From NCBI RefSeq assembly GCF_006345805.1, contig NC_043016.1:27776001-27840000 (forward strand): a stretch of DNA of 64,000 nucleotides, given 5' to 3'. The stretch is from Octopus sinensis. Lineage: Eukaryota. This document shows positions 25,503-38,924 of the stretch, one piece after another. The notes beneath the pieces were generated by a model. It was not told where the DNA came from and ran no database searches. It saw only the letters and a list, made by a program, of their open reading frames with translations. The translations under genes were made by a program, and so were the position numbers. Within the stretch, counting starts at the first letter, position 1, and each line of letters starts with the position of its first letter.

Positions 25503-26389
25503 CCATAAATCCTCAAGTATAGTCCGCCCTTTAGTATAATACACAGGGATTTTTAGGGGGCTGTACCTCTGTAAAACCTAAACCTTGTGTATAATACTCA
25601 CCCCTTCTCTAACTTGAGTCAAGGAGGTCTATATAAAGTCCTTGGTTTGTAAAAATGTATACGGTAACGTCCTTTATTATTATTGTATACATAACATAAT
25701 GCAAACGTGTAGCTTTTTTGTGCATTTTGTTTGCAGAAAATAAAGAAATAGCAGTAATAACGTCAGTGAAAAATAAATATTAAGTAAATTGCCTTTACAT
25801 ATTTGTCACTATCAGTTACAAAAGTAAAAATATTTATTCAAATCCTTCAAATTCAACGTCACTTTCAGCATCAAATAACTGTTCCATTTGTTCCTTTGTA
25901 AACATGTCAGCATCATTGTAGTGTAAATCTCCGTCATAGTCAACATCAGAAGATTCACCTTCATTTATTTCATCTTTCCATACAACGTCATCCTGAGTGC
26001 CATCCAGTGCAGACGATATACAACATTTGATAAAACTTTTCACAATAATCTGAGGATCAAGTTCATTCCATGCATACACGATCCATTTGTATATCAAAGT
26101 CATGTTGGGAGCGCGAACCCTTCCACCTTTAGTGAATGACTTTTCTCCAGTCGACATCCATTCAGTCCATAAATCACTTTATGACTTCATTGCTTTCAGG
26201 CTTAGCTTAAGGTATTTTCGCACCCGACATCACAAAATGCATCTGAATAAACATTGCCAGACAGCAAATAGAGATTTGGACATTGCTTAGAAAATATTTT
26301 TCACTTTTAACTTTGTATATAGTACTCACTAGGGATTTTGACTGTTAAATTTTGGGGAAAAAATGCGGATTATACTCAAGGATATACGG
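25503..26389 (-). mobile_element. pogo/Tigger-type DNA transposon internal-deletion derivative
   Basis: 25-bp TIRs CC(A/G)TA(A/T)ATCCT(C/T)(A/G)AGTATA(G/A)TCCGC with TA on both sides; C-terminal transposase fragment LWTEWMSTGEKSFTKGGRVRAP...WIVYAWNEL...SFIKCCIS (25834-26157). Confidence 0.85.
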
Positions 26390-26399
26390 TAATGCATAT

Positions 26400-27130
26400 T
26401 ATAAGATGGCAGAGTTAGAAACTTAAAGTATGGAGAACAGCTGCGAGTTCCTGCATGGTAACCTACTAATGGCAACTGGCTTGGTCCCAGCTGAAAAGAG
26501 GCTGACATGGTGGAATATAGAGTGGTGGCAGTAAATAGTCATAAAGGCTAAGAGCCAAACCTGAAAAGTCTAGAAGAAAGGGATCAGCATGGAGTAAAAT
26601 CAAGTAATAAGAAGATAATCTTGGTGCTAGATATAGTTATATATAGCTAGAGAAGATATAAGAAAGAAATTTGCCAATATTCAAAGATTTGAGAATCAGA
26701 GGTATGAGATTTTCAGGAGGTTGTATGTGAGAGGAAATTGAGATGTCAGTGGGGTAAAGTATATTTGGAATGGTCACAGTGCATTTGCTTTTACTGATGC
26801 TGAAAAGAAAGAGATATGGAAATGCTATTTCAAGAGATTGTTGGATGAGGAGAAAGTATGTGAGATGCAGAGACTACCTCAAATGGACTCTACAGAGGGA
26901 CTGGCTATTTAAGTTGACAGAAGAATGGTAGTGATTAAAGATATAAAGATAGACGTGGTTAATCCATCAGGAATTACTGCTGAGATGCTTAAAATGTTTT
27001 GGTAAAGCAGGGCAAAAGCTAAGCACTGGCATAGTTAATCAGATAGTAGAGGAAGGTATTATAGCTAATGGTTGGTTGCATAATGTAAACTACAAGAGCT
27101 AAAAAAAAAAAGATGCACCTGAAAGAGAAC
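26400..27130 (+). mobile_element. Degraded RTE LINE ORF2 remnant
   Basis: Sense-strand counterpart of the 19990-21150 remnant (SGITAEMLK-like segment). Confidence 0.5.
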
Positions 27131-27159
27131 ATAAAATAGATTATGAAAGTTAATGAAAG

Positions 27160-27586
27160 TGCTTATCTCTTTACTCTTTTACTCTTTTACTTGTTTCAGT
27201 CATTTGACTGCGGCCATGCTGGAGCACCGCCTTTAATCGAGCAATTCGATCCCGGGACTTATTCTTTTGTAAGCCCAGTACTTATTCTATCGGTCTCTTT
27301 TGCCGAACCGCTAAGTAACGGGGACATAAACACACCAGCATCGGTTGTCAAGCAATGCTAGGGGGACAAACACAGACACACATACACTCATATATATATA
27401 TATTATATATATATATATATACAACGGGCTTCTTTTCAGTTTCTGTTTACCAAATCCACTCACAGGGCTTTGGTCAGCCGATGCTATAGTAGAAGACACT
27501 TGCCCAAGGTGCCACACAGTGGAACTGAACCCGGAACCATGTGGTTGGTAAACAAGCTACTTACCACACAGCCACACCTGCGCCTA
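27160..27586 (-). mobile_element. SINE family A, full length
   Basis: Reverse complement of the 22467 copy. Confidence 0.9.
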
Positions 27587-28301
27587 CTATAAATTTTCTA
27601 TAGAAATTATAACCAGCACCGATTTGTTACAACAGTTTGTATTCAAATATGTCTATCTAATGTAAACAAGGCAATCAAAGATGGAAAATGGGTAATGAGT
27701 GTATATGCCATATATATGCCATATATATCCCATATATATCCTTCTTCAACACCATCTACAAACTCATTGCTTACTAACTATTAAGTGTATCACTGTATCA
27801 TTATTGGATATACCAATTTTACATATTAAACGCACTCCTGACAGCTAGTGCATACATAATAATGACCTGTATGGACACTGTGTTTTATTATGCAAACATA
27901 ATATACTTCAAATTATATTAAAAAGTACTGTTATGTTAGCAGTGTTATTAAATCACTTTTTTAAGATTATTTCTACAGATAGTCTATCAGGAGAACATAA
28001 CATAGATCATGAAAGTTACTGAAGAGCTTTCAGTTAATTACTTGTGGAAACACCATATTTTGTTATGCAACCATAATACTACAAAGTATACTAGACACTT
28101 TTTAAGTTAATGCTGAGTCCATTACCTATTTGTCCATCTTCGATCGCTCTGTTTATATTAGACATATTCAGATATGAAATGTCAACAAATTAGTGCTGGC
28201 TATAATTTTTTACAGAAAATCTGTAGAGATAACCTTAAAAATTGATTTAAGAGCACTGATATAGAAAAACAGTGTTTGAAAATCACTAGTCCTGCAATTA
28301 G

Positions 28302-28995
28302 TTATATATATATATATATGTATGTGTATGCATATGTATATATATATATATATATGTATGTGTATGCATATGTATATATGTATGTGTATGCATATGTATA
28401 TATGTATGTGTATGCATATGTATATATATATATGTATGTGTATGTATATATATATATGTATGTGTATGTATATATATATATGTGTATGCATATGTATATA
28501 TATATATGTGTATGCATATGTATATATATATATGTGTATGCATATGTATATATGTATGTGTATGCATATGTATATGTATATATGTATGTGTATGCATATG
28601 TATATGTATATATGTATGTGTATGCATATGTATATGTATATATGTATGTGTATGCATATGTATATGTATATATGTATGTGTATGCATATGTATATGTATA
28701 TATGTATGTGTATGCATATGTATATGTATATATGATGTGTATGCATATGTATATGTATATATGTATGTGTATGCATATGTATATGTATATATGTATGTGT
28801 ATGCATATGTATATATATATATGTATGTGTATGCATATGTATATATATATATGTATGTGTATGCATATGTATATATATATATGTATGTGTATGCATATGT
28901 ATATATGTATGTGTATGCATATGTATATATATATATATATATGTATGTGTATGCATATGTATATATATATATATATATGTATGTGTATGCATATG

Positions 28996-29028
<33 letters not shown>

Positions 29029-30650
29029 ATGCATATGTGTATATATATATATATGTATGTGTATGCATATGTATATATATATATATGTATGTGTATGCAT
29101 ATGTATATATATATATATGTATGTGTATGCATATGTATATATATATATGTATGTGTATGCATATGTATATATATGTATGTGTATGCATATGTATATATAT
29201 GTATGTGTATGCATATGTATATATATGTATGTGTATGCATATGTATATATATATATATATGTATGTGTATGCATATGTATATATATGTATGTGTATGCAT
29301 ATGTATATATATGTATGTGTATGCATATGTATATATATATATATATGTGTATGCATATGTATATATATATATATGTGTATGCATATGTATATATATATAT
29401 ATGTGTATGCATATGTATATATATATATATGTGTATTCATATGTATATATATATATATGTGTATTCATATGTATATATATATATGTGTATGCATATGTAT
29501 ATATATATATGTGTATGCATATGTATATATATATATATGTGTATGCATATGTATATATATATATGTGTATGCATATGTATATATATATATATGTGTATGC
29601 ATATGTATATATATATGTGTATGCATATGTATATATATATGTGTATGCATATGTATATATATATGTGTATGCATATGTATATATATATGTGTATGCATAT
29701 GTATATATATATATGTATGTGTATGCATATGTATATATATATATGTATGCATATGTATATATATATGTGTATGCATATGTATATATATATGTGTATGCAT
29801 ATGTATATATATATATGTATGTGTATGCATATGTATATATATATATGTATGTGTATGCATATGTATATATATATATGTATGTGTATGCATATGTATATAT
29901 ATATATGTATGTGTATGCATATGTATATATATATATGTATGTGTATGCATATGTATATATATATATGTATGTGTATGCATATGTATATATATATATGTAT
30001 GCATATGTATATATATATGTGTATGCATATGTATATATATATATGTATGTGTATGCATATGTATATATATATGTGTATGTATATATATATATGTATGTGT
30101 ATGCATATGTATATATATATGTGTATGTATATATATATATATGTATGTGTATGCATATGTATATATATATGTGTATGTATATATATATATGTATGTGTAT
30201 GCATATGTATATATGTATGTGTATGCATATGTATATATGTATGTGTATGTATATATATATGTATGTGTATGCATATGTATATATGTATGTGTATGCATAT
30301 GTATATATGTATGTGTATGCATATGTATATATGTATGTGTATGCATATGTATATATGTATGTGTATGCATATGTATATATGTATGTGTATGCATATGTAT
30401 ATATATGTATGTGTATGCATATGTATATATATGTATGTGTATGCATATGTATATATATGTATGTGTATGCATATGTATATATATATATATACGTATGTGC
30501 ATATATATGTATGTGTATGATTGTATATGTTTGTGTGTATATATATATATATATATGTGTGTGTATGATATATTTATATATGTATGTGTATGATTATATA
30601 TGTGTGTGTATGATTATATATACATATGTATATATATATATATATGTAAG
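28302..30650. repeat. ~2.3-kb compound microsatellite, unit TATGTATGTGTATGCATATGTA(TA)n
   Basis: Visible directly; it produces the artefactual 300-840 aa ORFs. Confidence 0.97.
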
Positions 30651-30669
30651 TTTACATAATACGTATGTA

Positions 30670-31816
30670 TTGGATTGGCTAAAAAGTTTGTTTGGTTTCT
30701 TTTTTTTAAGCAAAGATAAAAGAAGTCTTAAACATAAAGTGATGTATTCAATCAATGATATAATTACCGTTTTGTTCCAGTATACTTCTGCCATCTTGTA
30801 GGCAGATCCATTATTTCCAGCTCAAGCAAGTTTTACTGGTGAAAAACTCATCCAAGAGAATGTTGATATCCTCTTGAAAGTTGAAGGTCTGTCGTTCAGT
30901 TGATTTTTTTAAGAAACCAAAACAGTGGGAATCTGAAGGTGCATCGTCAGTTAAATATGGAGAGCGCAGCAAACTCCCAGCCAAGTCCCAATAACTTATT
31001 GTGTTTGCAAAGAAGTGTGCAGTCTGGCATTGTAATGATGGAAGACAAAGCTGCCCTTACGATTAGCAAGTGCTGAATGCTTCTGGTAGATTGTTGCATT
31101 TAGTTTATCCAGCTGGGAAGATGCTATTAAATCTCACCAAACTGAAAGCATAACCTTCTTAGGTTGAACTCCTGCTTTTGGGGTTGTTTGTGATGGTTCG
31201 CTGTGCTTCACCCATTATTATCATTTGTGCTTCACATTGTTGTAGATGATTCATTTTCCATCCTGTCACCATTCTCTTCAAAAAGGATATTTTCTTCATG
31301 TTTTTGCAACAACTTGCAGATGGAAATCCATTGGTCATGGTTAACATCATTCAATTGATGTGGGCCCCAAACACTGAGTCTGCTAACATAACCAAGTTTC
31401 AACACTTGATTTGAATATTTGGAGAATACGAACAATCATCCTGGTCATATAAGGGATTGATGTCAACTAACTCCTTCTTCTTGTGGCTTTTAATCTCATT
31501 TGGATTGAGATGTGCCTTGAACCAAAGGATTTTCTGTTTGAAATATTGGAAAACACTTATGGTACACTTGTCCCATAACAGAATCCTCTCCATACAAAAC
31601 CCATATCTCCCTACAGGTTTCCCCACTCTCTTGCTTTGAGGTGTTAATGTTTGTTTTCAAGTATGCAAAATGCACGTTCACATACTTAACATCACATTCA
31701 AGTGTCAAGTATATAACAAGTGTGCATGTGTAAGGGACAAACTGGAGTTAGCTACTTATAAAACTGCTTGAAATTTAGAGTTCACAAAAACTGAATAGGC
31801 ATTTTGGTTAACCCAG
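30670..31816 (-). mobile_element. Near full-length degenerate mariner (DD34D) transposon
   Basis: Imperfect TIRs TTGGATTGGCTAAAAAGT / CTGGGTTAACCAAAATG flanked by TA; remnants of VYGED, LGYVSRLSVWGPHQL, FLKRMVTG and HPPYSPDLAPSDFH-like motifs. Confidence 0.85.
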
Positions 31817-31818
31817 TA

Positions 31819-31898
<80 letters not shown>

Positions 31899-31984
31899 CT
31901 GGAAATTGTTTACACCAGATACAAAGGTTTTAGTAAGATCAGGAATATCTTCAATTAACTCTCTGCTGGTTTCCAATCATCTGA

Positions 31985-32570
31985 GGTAGACTAGCCATTT
32001 AATATGAATGAAGGATGAGCACCTTCAAGCAGATGTTTTTTTTTATGGTGAACTATTGGCTGGGAAATGAAAATAATGCACACACACACCCCCGCCACTG
32101 GTTTAATGACTTGCTAAAAACCAGTCTTGGGGAGTTAAATATACCATACAGAGATTTGTCTGGAGTAACCACACAAAAGCATGCAAAAAAATGGAAGAAA
32201 ATTTCAGAAAAATAACGTCTTACTAAACATAGAAATAGTGTCATCCTTCAGTTAGTTGCTCAATGTGTGGTAAGACCTTGCCTTTCTAGGCCTGGCTTAA
32301 TTTCACATCTTAGAACTCCTCTTCAAACGGTTGGTCCAAATGACACAAAGATCATTCCAGTAGATATATTCATACACCATGTTTGTTATATGACCTCTAA
32401 GTCCCATGCTGATCTAAAAAGGCATTTAACTATTCATAAATCAGACAAGACAAACAACTCTGTGCCATTTGATGTAGACATATTTACTCTGTAATGCAAA
32501 TTTCAAACAGCTCTTGAGACAAAAGCCACTTAAATGCTCATGCACAGAAACAGCACATCGAATGAAAAGT
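31985..32570 (+). mobile_element. RTE-type LINE C-terminal remnant with a C2H2-like motif
   Basis: KQMFF.....G..PRHWFNDLLKTSL and CSMCGKTCLSRPGLISHLR-like segments across frameshifts. Confidence 0.6.
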
Positions 32571-34094
32571 GACCAAGCTTTGAATAGGAACAGACTACCT
32601 CATTGTATGTATATATATATATATGAGTGTGTGTGTGTGTGGTGATAATGATGGCTATATACACAATTACATAATTATATATATATTAGCAAACATACTT
32701 TATATTTTGTCATCAAATGTCAACTTTTATAGAAAATAAAATTCAAATTCACTGATCCTTTTGTTTTGACATCTTTCTCTCTAGTTAAATTTCAATATAG
32801 TGGCAAACTATTCCTATAATATTTCTTCACCAAGACACCCCACCACACTTCATCTCTCTAACAGCAGCTCTTTCTCAGTACTATTAATCTTTCTCACTAG
32901 TTTGAACCATTTCATTTGATATCTATCCCTTGTCTTTAATACTGTCTTCTCCATCCACATTTTACATTGACCTCCACACCCTTAGCCTCCAAAACATCTC
33001 ACCTTCTCCACCACCATACATCTCTCACTCTTCTCATGCACTACACTTGTTTCTCTCTCTCTCCTCTCCTCCACTCTCATAACCAGCCTAGTTACCCATC
33101 AACACTCACTCTCTCTTTCTCTCTCTCATCCTTCCACTGTTTACTATATCATCATTAATTTTCTGCTAGTCTTCACCCCCATGCATCATTGGCCACCACC
33201 CCACCCCATATCCACCATTCACTACATCCACCTCTCAAGCCTTTCCTGTTTCTACAGTTGTCATCCTGTCCTCCATTCTTTCCCTACTTATCCTTCAGCA
33301 ATCTTTCTATATTATATTGATCCCTTTATCCACCCCCATCTCTCTCTCTCTTTCTCTCTCTCTCTCCCCCATACACTCTTGCAACTTTTGCCCACTTACA
33401 CCCTTGGTTCTTTTGTCTCTATTCACTTCTGTTCACTTCATATCTGGAGGGTCCACAGAGATCTCTTTGCCTAATTGCCCCTACATCCTCTCTTCTAAAA
33501 TATAGGTGGCCATGTAGCTCTTCTACAGCAAAAAAAAAAAAAACTTGTTCAGCTATGGCACCTTCTCTCATATTTTAACCCCTCATCTCCTAGCATAAAG
33601 CCACCTCTTTCAAGTTTCATAGTCTTGCAAACTACATGGTCACCTCACTTGTGTTGGTAGCATGAAAATAGCACCCATTGTATAGTTATCCCTTTACAGC
33701 TGTTTCAGTGCATCCTGTAATTTACAGATATCATTATAGACATTATGCGTAATGTCTAGTATTCATTTAGTCACCCTTAGAGATGAAGAAGGCTGCAGCT
33801 TTGTCAAAACATATCTAGGAAAACAACAAGAACTGCACAATTAAATGGTGAATTAGTAAGAAACCTGACCATATATTAATGGAAGAAAAAATTGTTGTTT
33901 GTGCACTGTACAGAATTCTGCAATATTACAGAAGACAAAACCTTTAAGTGACTAACTGAACCACCATCTAGAATGTTTTCAACTTTGTAAATATTTCTTT
34001 AGATGTCCTAACGTCCCATTAACCTGCCTGGCTAATGACTCTTCTTTTATGTCTTCTTTTAGAAATAATTCATCATCATCATCTTTTTATTTTC

Positions 34095-34505
34095 CTCTCT
34101 TTTACTTGTTTCAGTCATTTGACTGTGACCATGCTGGAGCACTGCCTTTAGTTGAGCAACTCAACCCCAGTACTTATTTTTTGGAAGCCTAGTACTTATT
34201 CTATCGGTCTCTTTTGCCGAACCGCTACATTACAGGGCTGTAAACACACCAGCATCAGTTGTCATGCAATGTTGTGGGGACAAACACAGACAAAGAAACA
34301 TATACACATATATATATATATATATATATACATATATGCAACGGACTTCTTTCAGTTTCCGTCTTCCAAATCCACTCAAAAGGCTTTGGTTGGCCTGAGG
34401 CTATAGTAGAAGATACTTGCCCAAGGTGCCATGCAGTGGGACTGTACCCGGAACCATGTGGTTGGTAAGCAAGCTACTTACCACACACCCACTCTTACAC
34501 CTATA
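34095..34505 (-). mobile_element. SINE family A
   Basis: Reverse complement of the 22467 copy. Confidence 0.9.
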
Positions 34506-34962
34506 GTCATCATTTAACGTCCATTTTCCATGCTAGCATGGGTTGGACGGTTGGACAGGATCCAATGAGTCCAAGGATGCCATTGTGCTTCAGTGTCTAC
34601 TTTATCTATTAATTTATAATTTAGACTTATTTCATTATACTTTCAGATCTGCTTTATATTTGTACTTTTCATTCCCCTGTCTATACTGACAAGTGTTTTA
34701 ATTCTAAGCTTATTCTCTTCTTAAATTAACTTTCTACATTTCATAGACTGAATACCATCCACTTTGTATTTAATTTAAATTACATCCATTAAAAGAAATT
34801 TGCCAAAATATTTCCATATGCCTGTGCAAAAAAACCTACAACTTTAAAAGTATTCAGAAATTAACTCCCATTTCCTTTTTTTGTTTGTTCTTTTGTTTTT
34901 GCATGTCAAGTAATATATATAACATGTAATACTTGATATGTATATATGTATGTATGTATATA

Positions 34963-35020
<58 letters not shown>

Positions 35021-35034
35021 CATACATACACATG

Positions 35035-35625
35035 TGCCACCTGACTGGCACTTAAAAAGCACCATTCAAGCATGGTTGATGCCAGAATCTCCTGTAACTC
35101 TTCTGGATGGTCTCCTTGTTTAAGTTGGTGAATGCTGCCATAGTTCTTTCAGTTTGTCTTTGGTGTTACAAGGAGTTTTGTTGATCTCGAACTCAACTGC
35201 GTCCCACATATGATAATCAAGGATGTTGCAGTCTGGGGAGTTAGGTGTGATGTGGTCGCAGAAATTGTCTGACACTCATCACTGGGTTCTCCTGCTTGTG
35301 TGGCATGGTGCAGAGTGCTGTTGCTAGACAAAGGGTCTTCCAGTAGCCACCCCCTTGACTCAGGGCAGCACTACCTCCTCCAGGCACTTAATGTAGGCCA
35401 TCGGGTTGAGTCTGAGGTCGTATAGGAAGATAGATGGAGGCATAACATTGCTATCGCTAGTGATCATTTCAAATACCATAATGTTGACTGGATGTTCAAT
35501 TCTTATCACTCTTGGTACATGTCCTCAGACTGACACCCAAACGCTCAGAAATGTTTGTATTAGAACTTCCAGTGCAAATGCCAAGCAATACAACTTGTCA
35601 TTTCCAAATTTCTGACATTGTGAAT
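35035..35625 (-). mobile_element. Tc1/mariner superfamily (maT/DD37D-like) transposase pseudogene fragment
   Basis: MVFEMITSDSNVMPPSIF...YIKCLEEVVLP...QQHSAPCHTSRRTQ...PNSPDCNILDYHMW...NKTPCNTKD. Confidence 0.8.
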
Positions 35626-36504
35626 TGCATTGTGGTGCAATTTTTAGGAGAATTGATGAGAATCGATCATGGCCAGTGGTTGTATGTATCATCATCATTC
35701 AACATCTATTTTCTATGATGACATTGGTTAGATAGTTTAACAGGAGCTGGCAAGCCAGAGGACTGTGCATAACTCTACTATCAGCTTTGGCATGGTTTCT
35801 ACAGCTGGTTGCCCTTTCTGACACCAACCACTTTACAAAATGTATTGGATGCTTCTTATATGGCATCAGCACCTGTGAGGTTATCAAGTAATTTGCAAGG
35901 CAAAGATGCCTAAACTAGAGAGGTAGTGGTATTGTGGGAGATGCCTTTGTGGTAGATGATGAGAGATTAAAGTATAATAGAGGGTAGAAACAGGTGTCTT
36001 GCTGTAGAGGAGATACATAGTAACCCCTGTCTGAGAGCGTGGGGGTGGGGAAGAGAGATGTGCCAGAATGTATCCTCAAGGTACGAGTGGGTGAATGTAA
36101 GTGGAGTGATACAGAGGAGTGGACAGGGTTAATGAACAGAAACATTTTCCATTTGCCACTTTCACCCACAAGGCATCGGTTAATCTAGAGCTCTAGTTAA
36201 AAACATCTGCCCAGGGTGCCATGCAATGAAACTGAACCTGGATCCAAGTGGTTGGGAAGCAAGCTTCTTAACTACACAGCCACACCTGCACCTATTATCA
36301 TTGATACATTTCATTACTGTCTGGAGAAATGTTGAATGGCTATTAGAGCTGGTAATATGTAATGTAATATATTATTATTATTATTAATATTAATGTGTAT
36401 GCAAGTGTGTTAGTGTATGTGTATTTGTCACTATCAATTATAGACAATATCTAGCACATAGCAGAACTGTTAGAAGTCATACTTTATGTTGTCATCAGAT
36501 TTCT

Positions 36505-36915
36505 ATAGGGCAAACCCAAAAATTCAATTATAAATTTATATACATACCTACACACATACATGTGTAAGTATATATACATACAATATATCTCTTATCTCTT
36601 GTTTTACACTTAAGGCTACATGTGGGGGTACTACCTTGAAGAATTTTAGTCATTGAATCAACTCCAAAACTTTTTTTTTTAAAGCCTTGCACTTTCTTCA
36701 ACCACTGGGTTATGGGAATGTTAATAAACCAACACTGATTGTTAAGTTGTGGTGGAGACAAACATAAGATACACACACACACATTCTTCTTTCAGTTTCT
36801 GTCTACCAAATCCAGGACTTTAGTAGAAGACACTTGCCCAAGGTGCTGCAGATGGGACTGAACTCAGAACCATGTGGTTGTGAAGCAAACTTCTTACCAC
36901 ACAACCGTACACACA
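36505..36915 (-). mobile_element. SINE family A (minus member of a head-to-head pair)
   Basis: AGAAGACACTTGCCCAAGG...GAACCATGTGG. Confidence 0.8.
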
Positions 36916-36936
36916 CACATATATATATATATATAT

Positions 36937-36973
<37 letters not shown>

Positions 36974-37022
36974 CTTTGTGTATATATATATAAATACACA
37001 CACACACACACAGATATATATT

Positions 37023-37405
37023 ACAGGTGCAGGAGTGGCTGTGTGGTAACCACATGGTTCTGAGTTCAGTCCCACTGCATGGCACCTTGGGCAAGTGTCT
37101 TCTACTATAGCCTTGGGCCAACCAAAGCCTTGTGAGTAGATTTGGTAGATGGAAACTGAAAGAAGCCAGTCGTATACATGTATATGTGTGTGTGTGTGTG
37201 TTTGTATATGTTTGTATGTCTGTTTGTCTCCCGTCCCTTGACAATCAATGTTGATGTGTTCACATCCCTGTAACCAGCAGTTTGGCAAAAGGGACCGATA
37301 GAATAAGTACTCAGCTTACAAAGAATAAGTGTTGGGGTTGATTTGTTGGACTAAAGGCGATGCTCCAGCATGGCTGCAGTCAGAAGACTGAAACAAACAA
37401 AAGAA
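37023..37405 (+). mobile_element. SINE family A (plus member of a head-to-head pair)
   Basis: AGGTGCAGGAGTGGCTGTGTGG head, full tail. Confidence 0.88.
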
Positions 37406-37711
37406 TATAAAATTGATCCTTTTGTTGTGATTATTGTGGGAAAATAGTTTTCTTCTTTATTCCTAGCATGCAGCCATAACTAACATACATACTTTCTGTG
37501 GAAAATTCCAACTATTTCTATGTGGTGCCGAATTTTTGACATAGTTTACATTATCATATCAAAATGTTTAAATTTTAAATGTTTTCATTCTGTGGCATTC
37601 GTGAAATTGTTGTGTGTGTGTGTGTGCGTTGTTGGGTTTTAACTTCGGCATACATGTATCATGGTACATAAATAGATTCAATAATATAGAAAAAACATGT
37701 ATATAAAAAAC

Positions 37712-37873
37712 AAGGCGTAGGAGTAGCTGTGTGGTAAGTGGCTTGCTTACGAACCACATAGTTCTGGGTTCAGTCCCACTGCATGGCACCTTGGGTAAGT
37801 GTCTTCTACTATAGCTTCAGGCCGACCAAAGCTTTGTGGGTGGATTCGGTAGACAGAAACTGAAAGAAGCCCG

Positions 37874-37913
<40 letters not shown>

Positions 37914-37995
37914 ATGTGTGTGTGTATGTATATATATGTGTGTTTACATCCCTGTAACTTGGCGGTTCGGCAAAAGAGACCGATAGAATAAGCAT
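37712..37995 (+). mobile_element. SINE family A, 3'-truncated
   Basis: AAGGCGTAGGAGTAGCTGTGTGGTAAG head. Confidence 0.85.
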
Positions 37996-38058
37996 GGATA
38001 GAATAATGATGGCAGCAGTAGCACTGCTATTGCTGTCTGTTTATTCATTCACTTAAAG

Positions 38059-38749
38059 CAGTGGTTCTCAACCAGGATTCATATGGCCGCTAGAAGTTCA
38101 TATAAGATTTTGTGGGGTTCACGCTAGCAAGATAGTAAATTGGGGATCCACACTATTATTAAGGGTCCAAGAAAAGTTTTTTTTTTTAAATGTATGTATT
38201 ACAAGAAACAGCTAGGTTTCAACCTATACTAGTGAATAACAAAGTAGGAACTTTGAAAGAAGTATACTCTTTACTCTTTTACTTGTTTCAGTCATTTGAC
38301 TGCGGCCATGCTGGAGCACTGCCTTTAGTTGAGCAAATCGACCCCAGGACTTATTCTTTGTAAGCCTAGTGCTTATTCTATCAGTCTCTCTTGCTGAACC
38401 GCTAAGTGACAGGGATGTAGACACACCAGCATCGGTTGCCAAGCGATGTTGGGGGGACAAACACAGATACACAAACACACGCACACACACACACACATAT
38501 ATATATATATACGGTGGGCTTCTTTCAGTTTCCATCTATCAAATCCACTCACAAGGCTTTGGTCAGCTCGAGGCTATAGTAGAAGACACTTGCCCAAGGT
38601 GTCATGCAATTGGACTGAACCTGGAACCATGTGGTTGGTATGCAAGCTACTTACCACACAGCCACTCCTATGCATATAAGTATCTATAAAATTAGTTTTT
38701 AAATATTGAATGGCCATGGGGGTCCACCAGAATAAAATAGTAACTACTG
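38059..38749. mobile_element. hAT/Charlie-like MITE interrupted by a SINE
   Basis: Left end CAGTGGTTCTCAACC; degenerate right end AACTACTG; flanks ACTTAAAG / AGTTAGAG. Confidence 0.45.
38265..38655 (-). mobile_element. SINE family A, full length
   Basis: Reverse complement of the 22467 copy. Confidence 0.9.
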
Positions 38750-38924
38750 AGTTAGAGAATAAAATAGTAACCAGAGAGTTAGAGTGAAGCCATGGTTTAC
38801 TGGTTTGGGTATTCGGCTCACAATTGTAAGGTAGTGAGTTTGATTCCCAGCAGTATGCTGTGTCCTTGAGCAAAACATTTTACTTTGCATTGCTCCAATT
38901 TTTTTTTTTTCTTTGTAACAGAAA

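Noticed and set aside
28210-30801. Very long ORFs (327-841 aa) on both strands
   Set aside because: Artefacts of a stop-free (TA/TG/CA) microsatellite; the translations are only Y/I/H/T/M/C/V/A repeats
32800-33500. Strongly pyrimidine-skewed tract (purine-skewed counterparts at 23300-23800 and 24780-25260)
   Set aside because: Looks like decayed CT/AG low-complexity sequence linked to repeats; no specific structure supported
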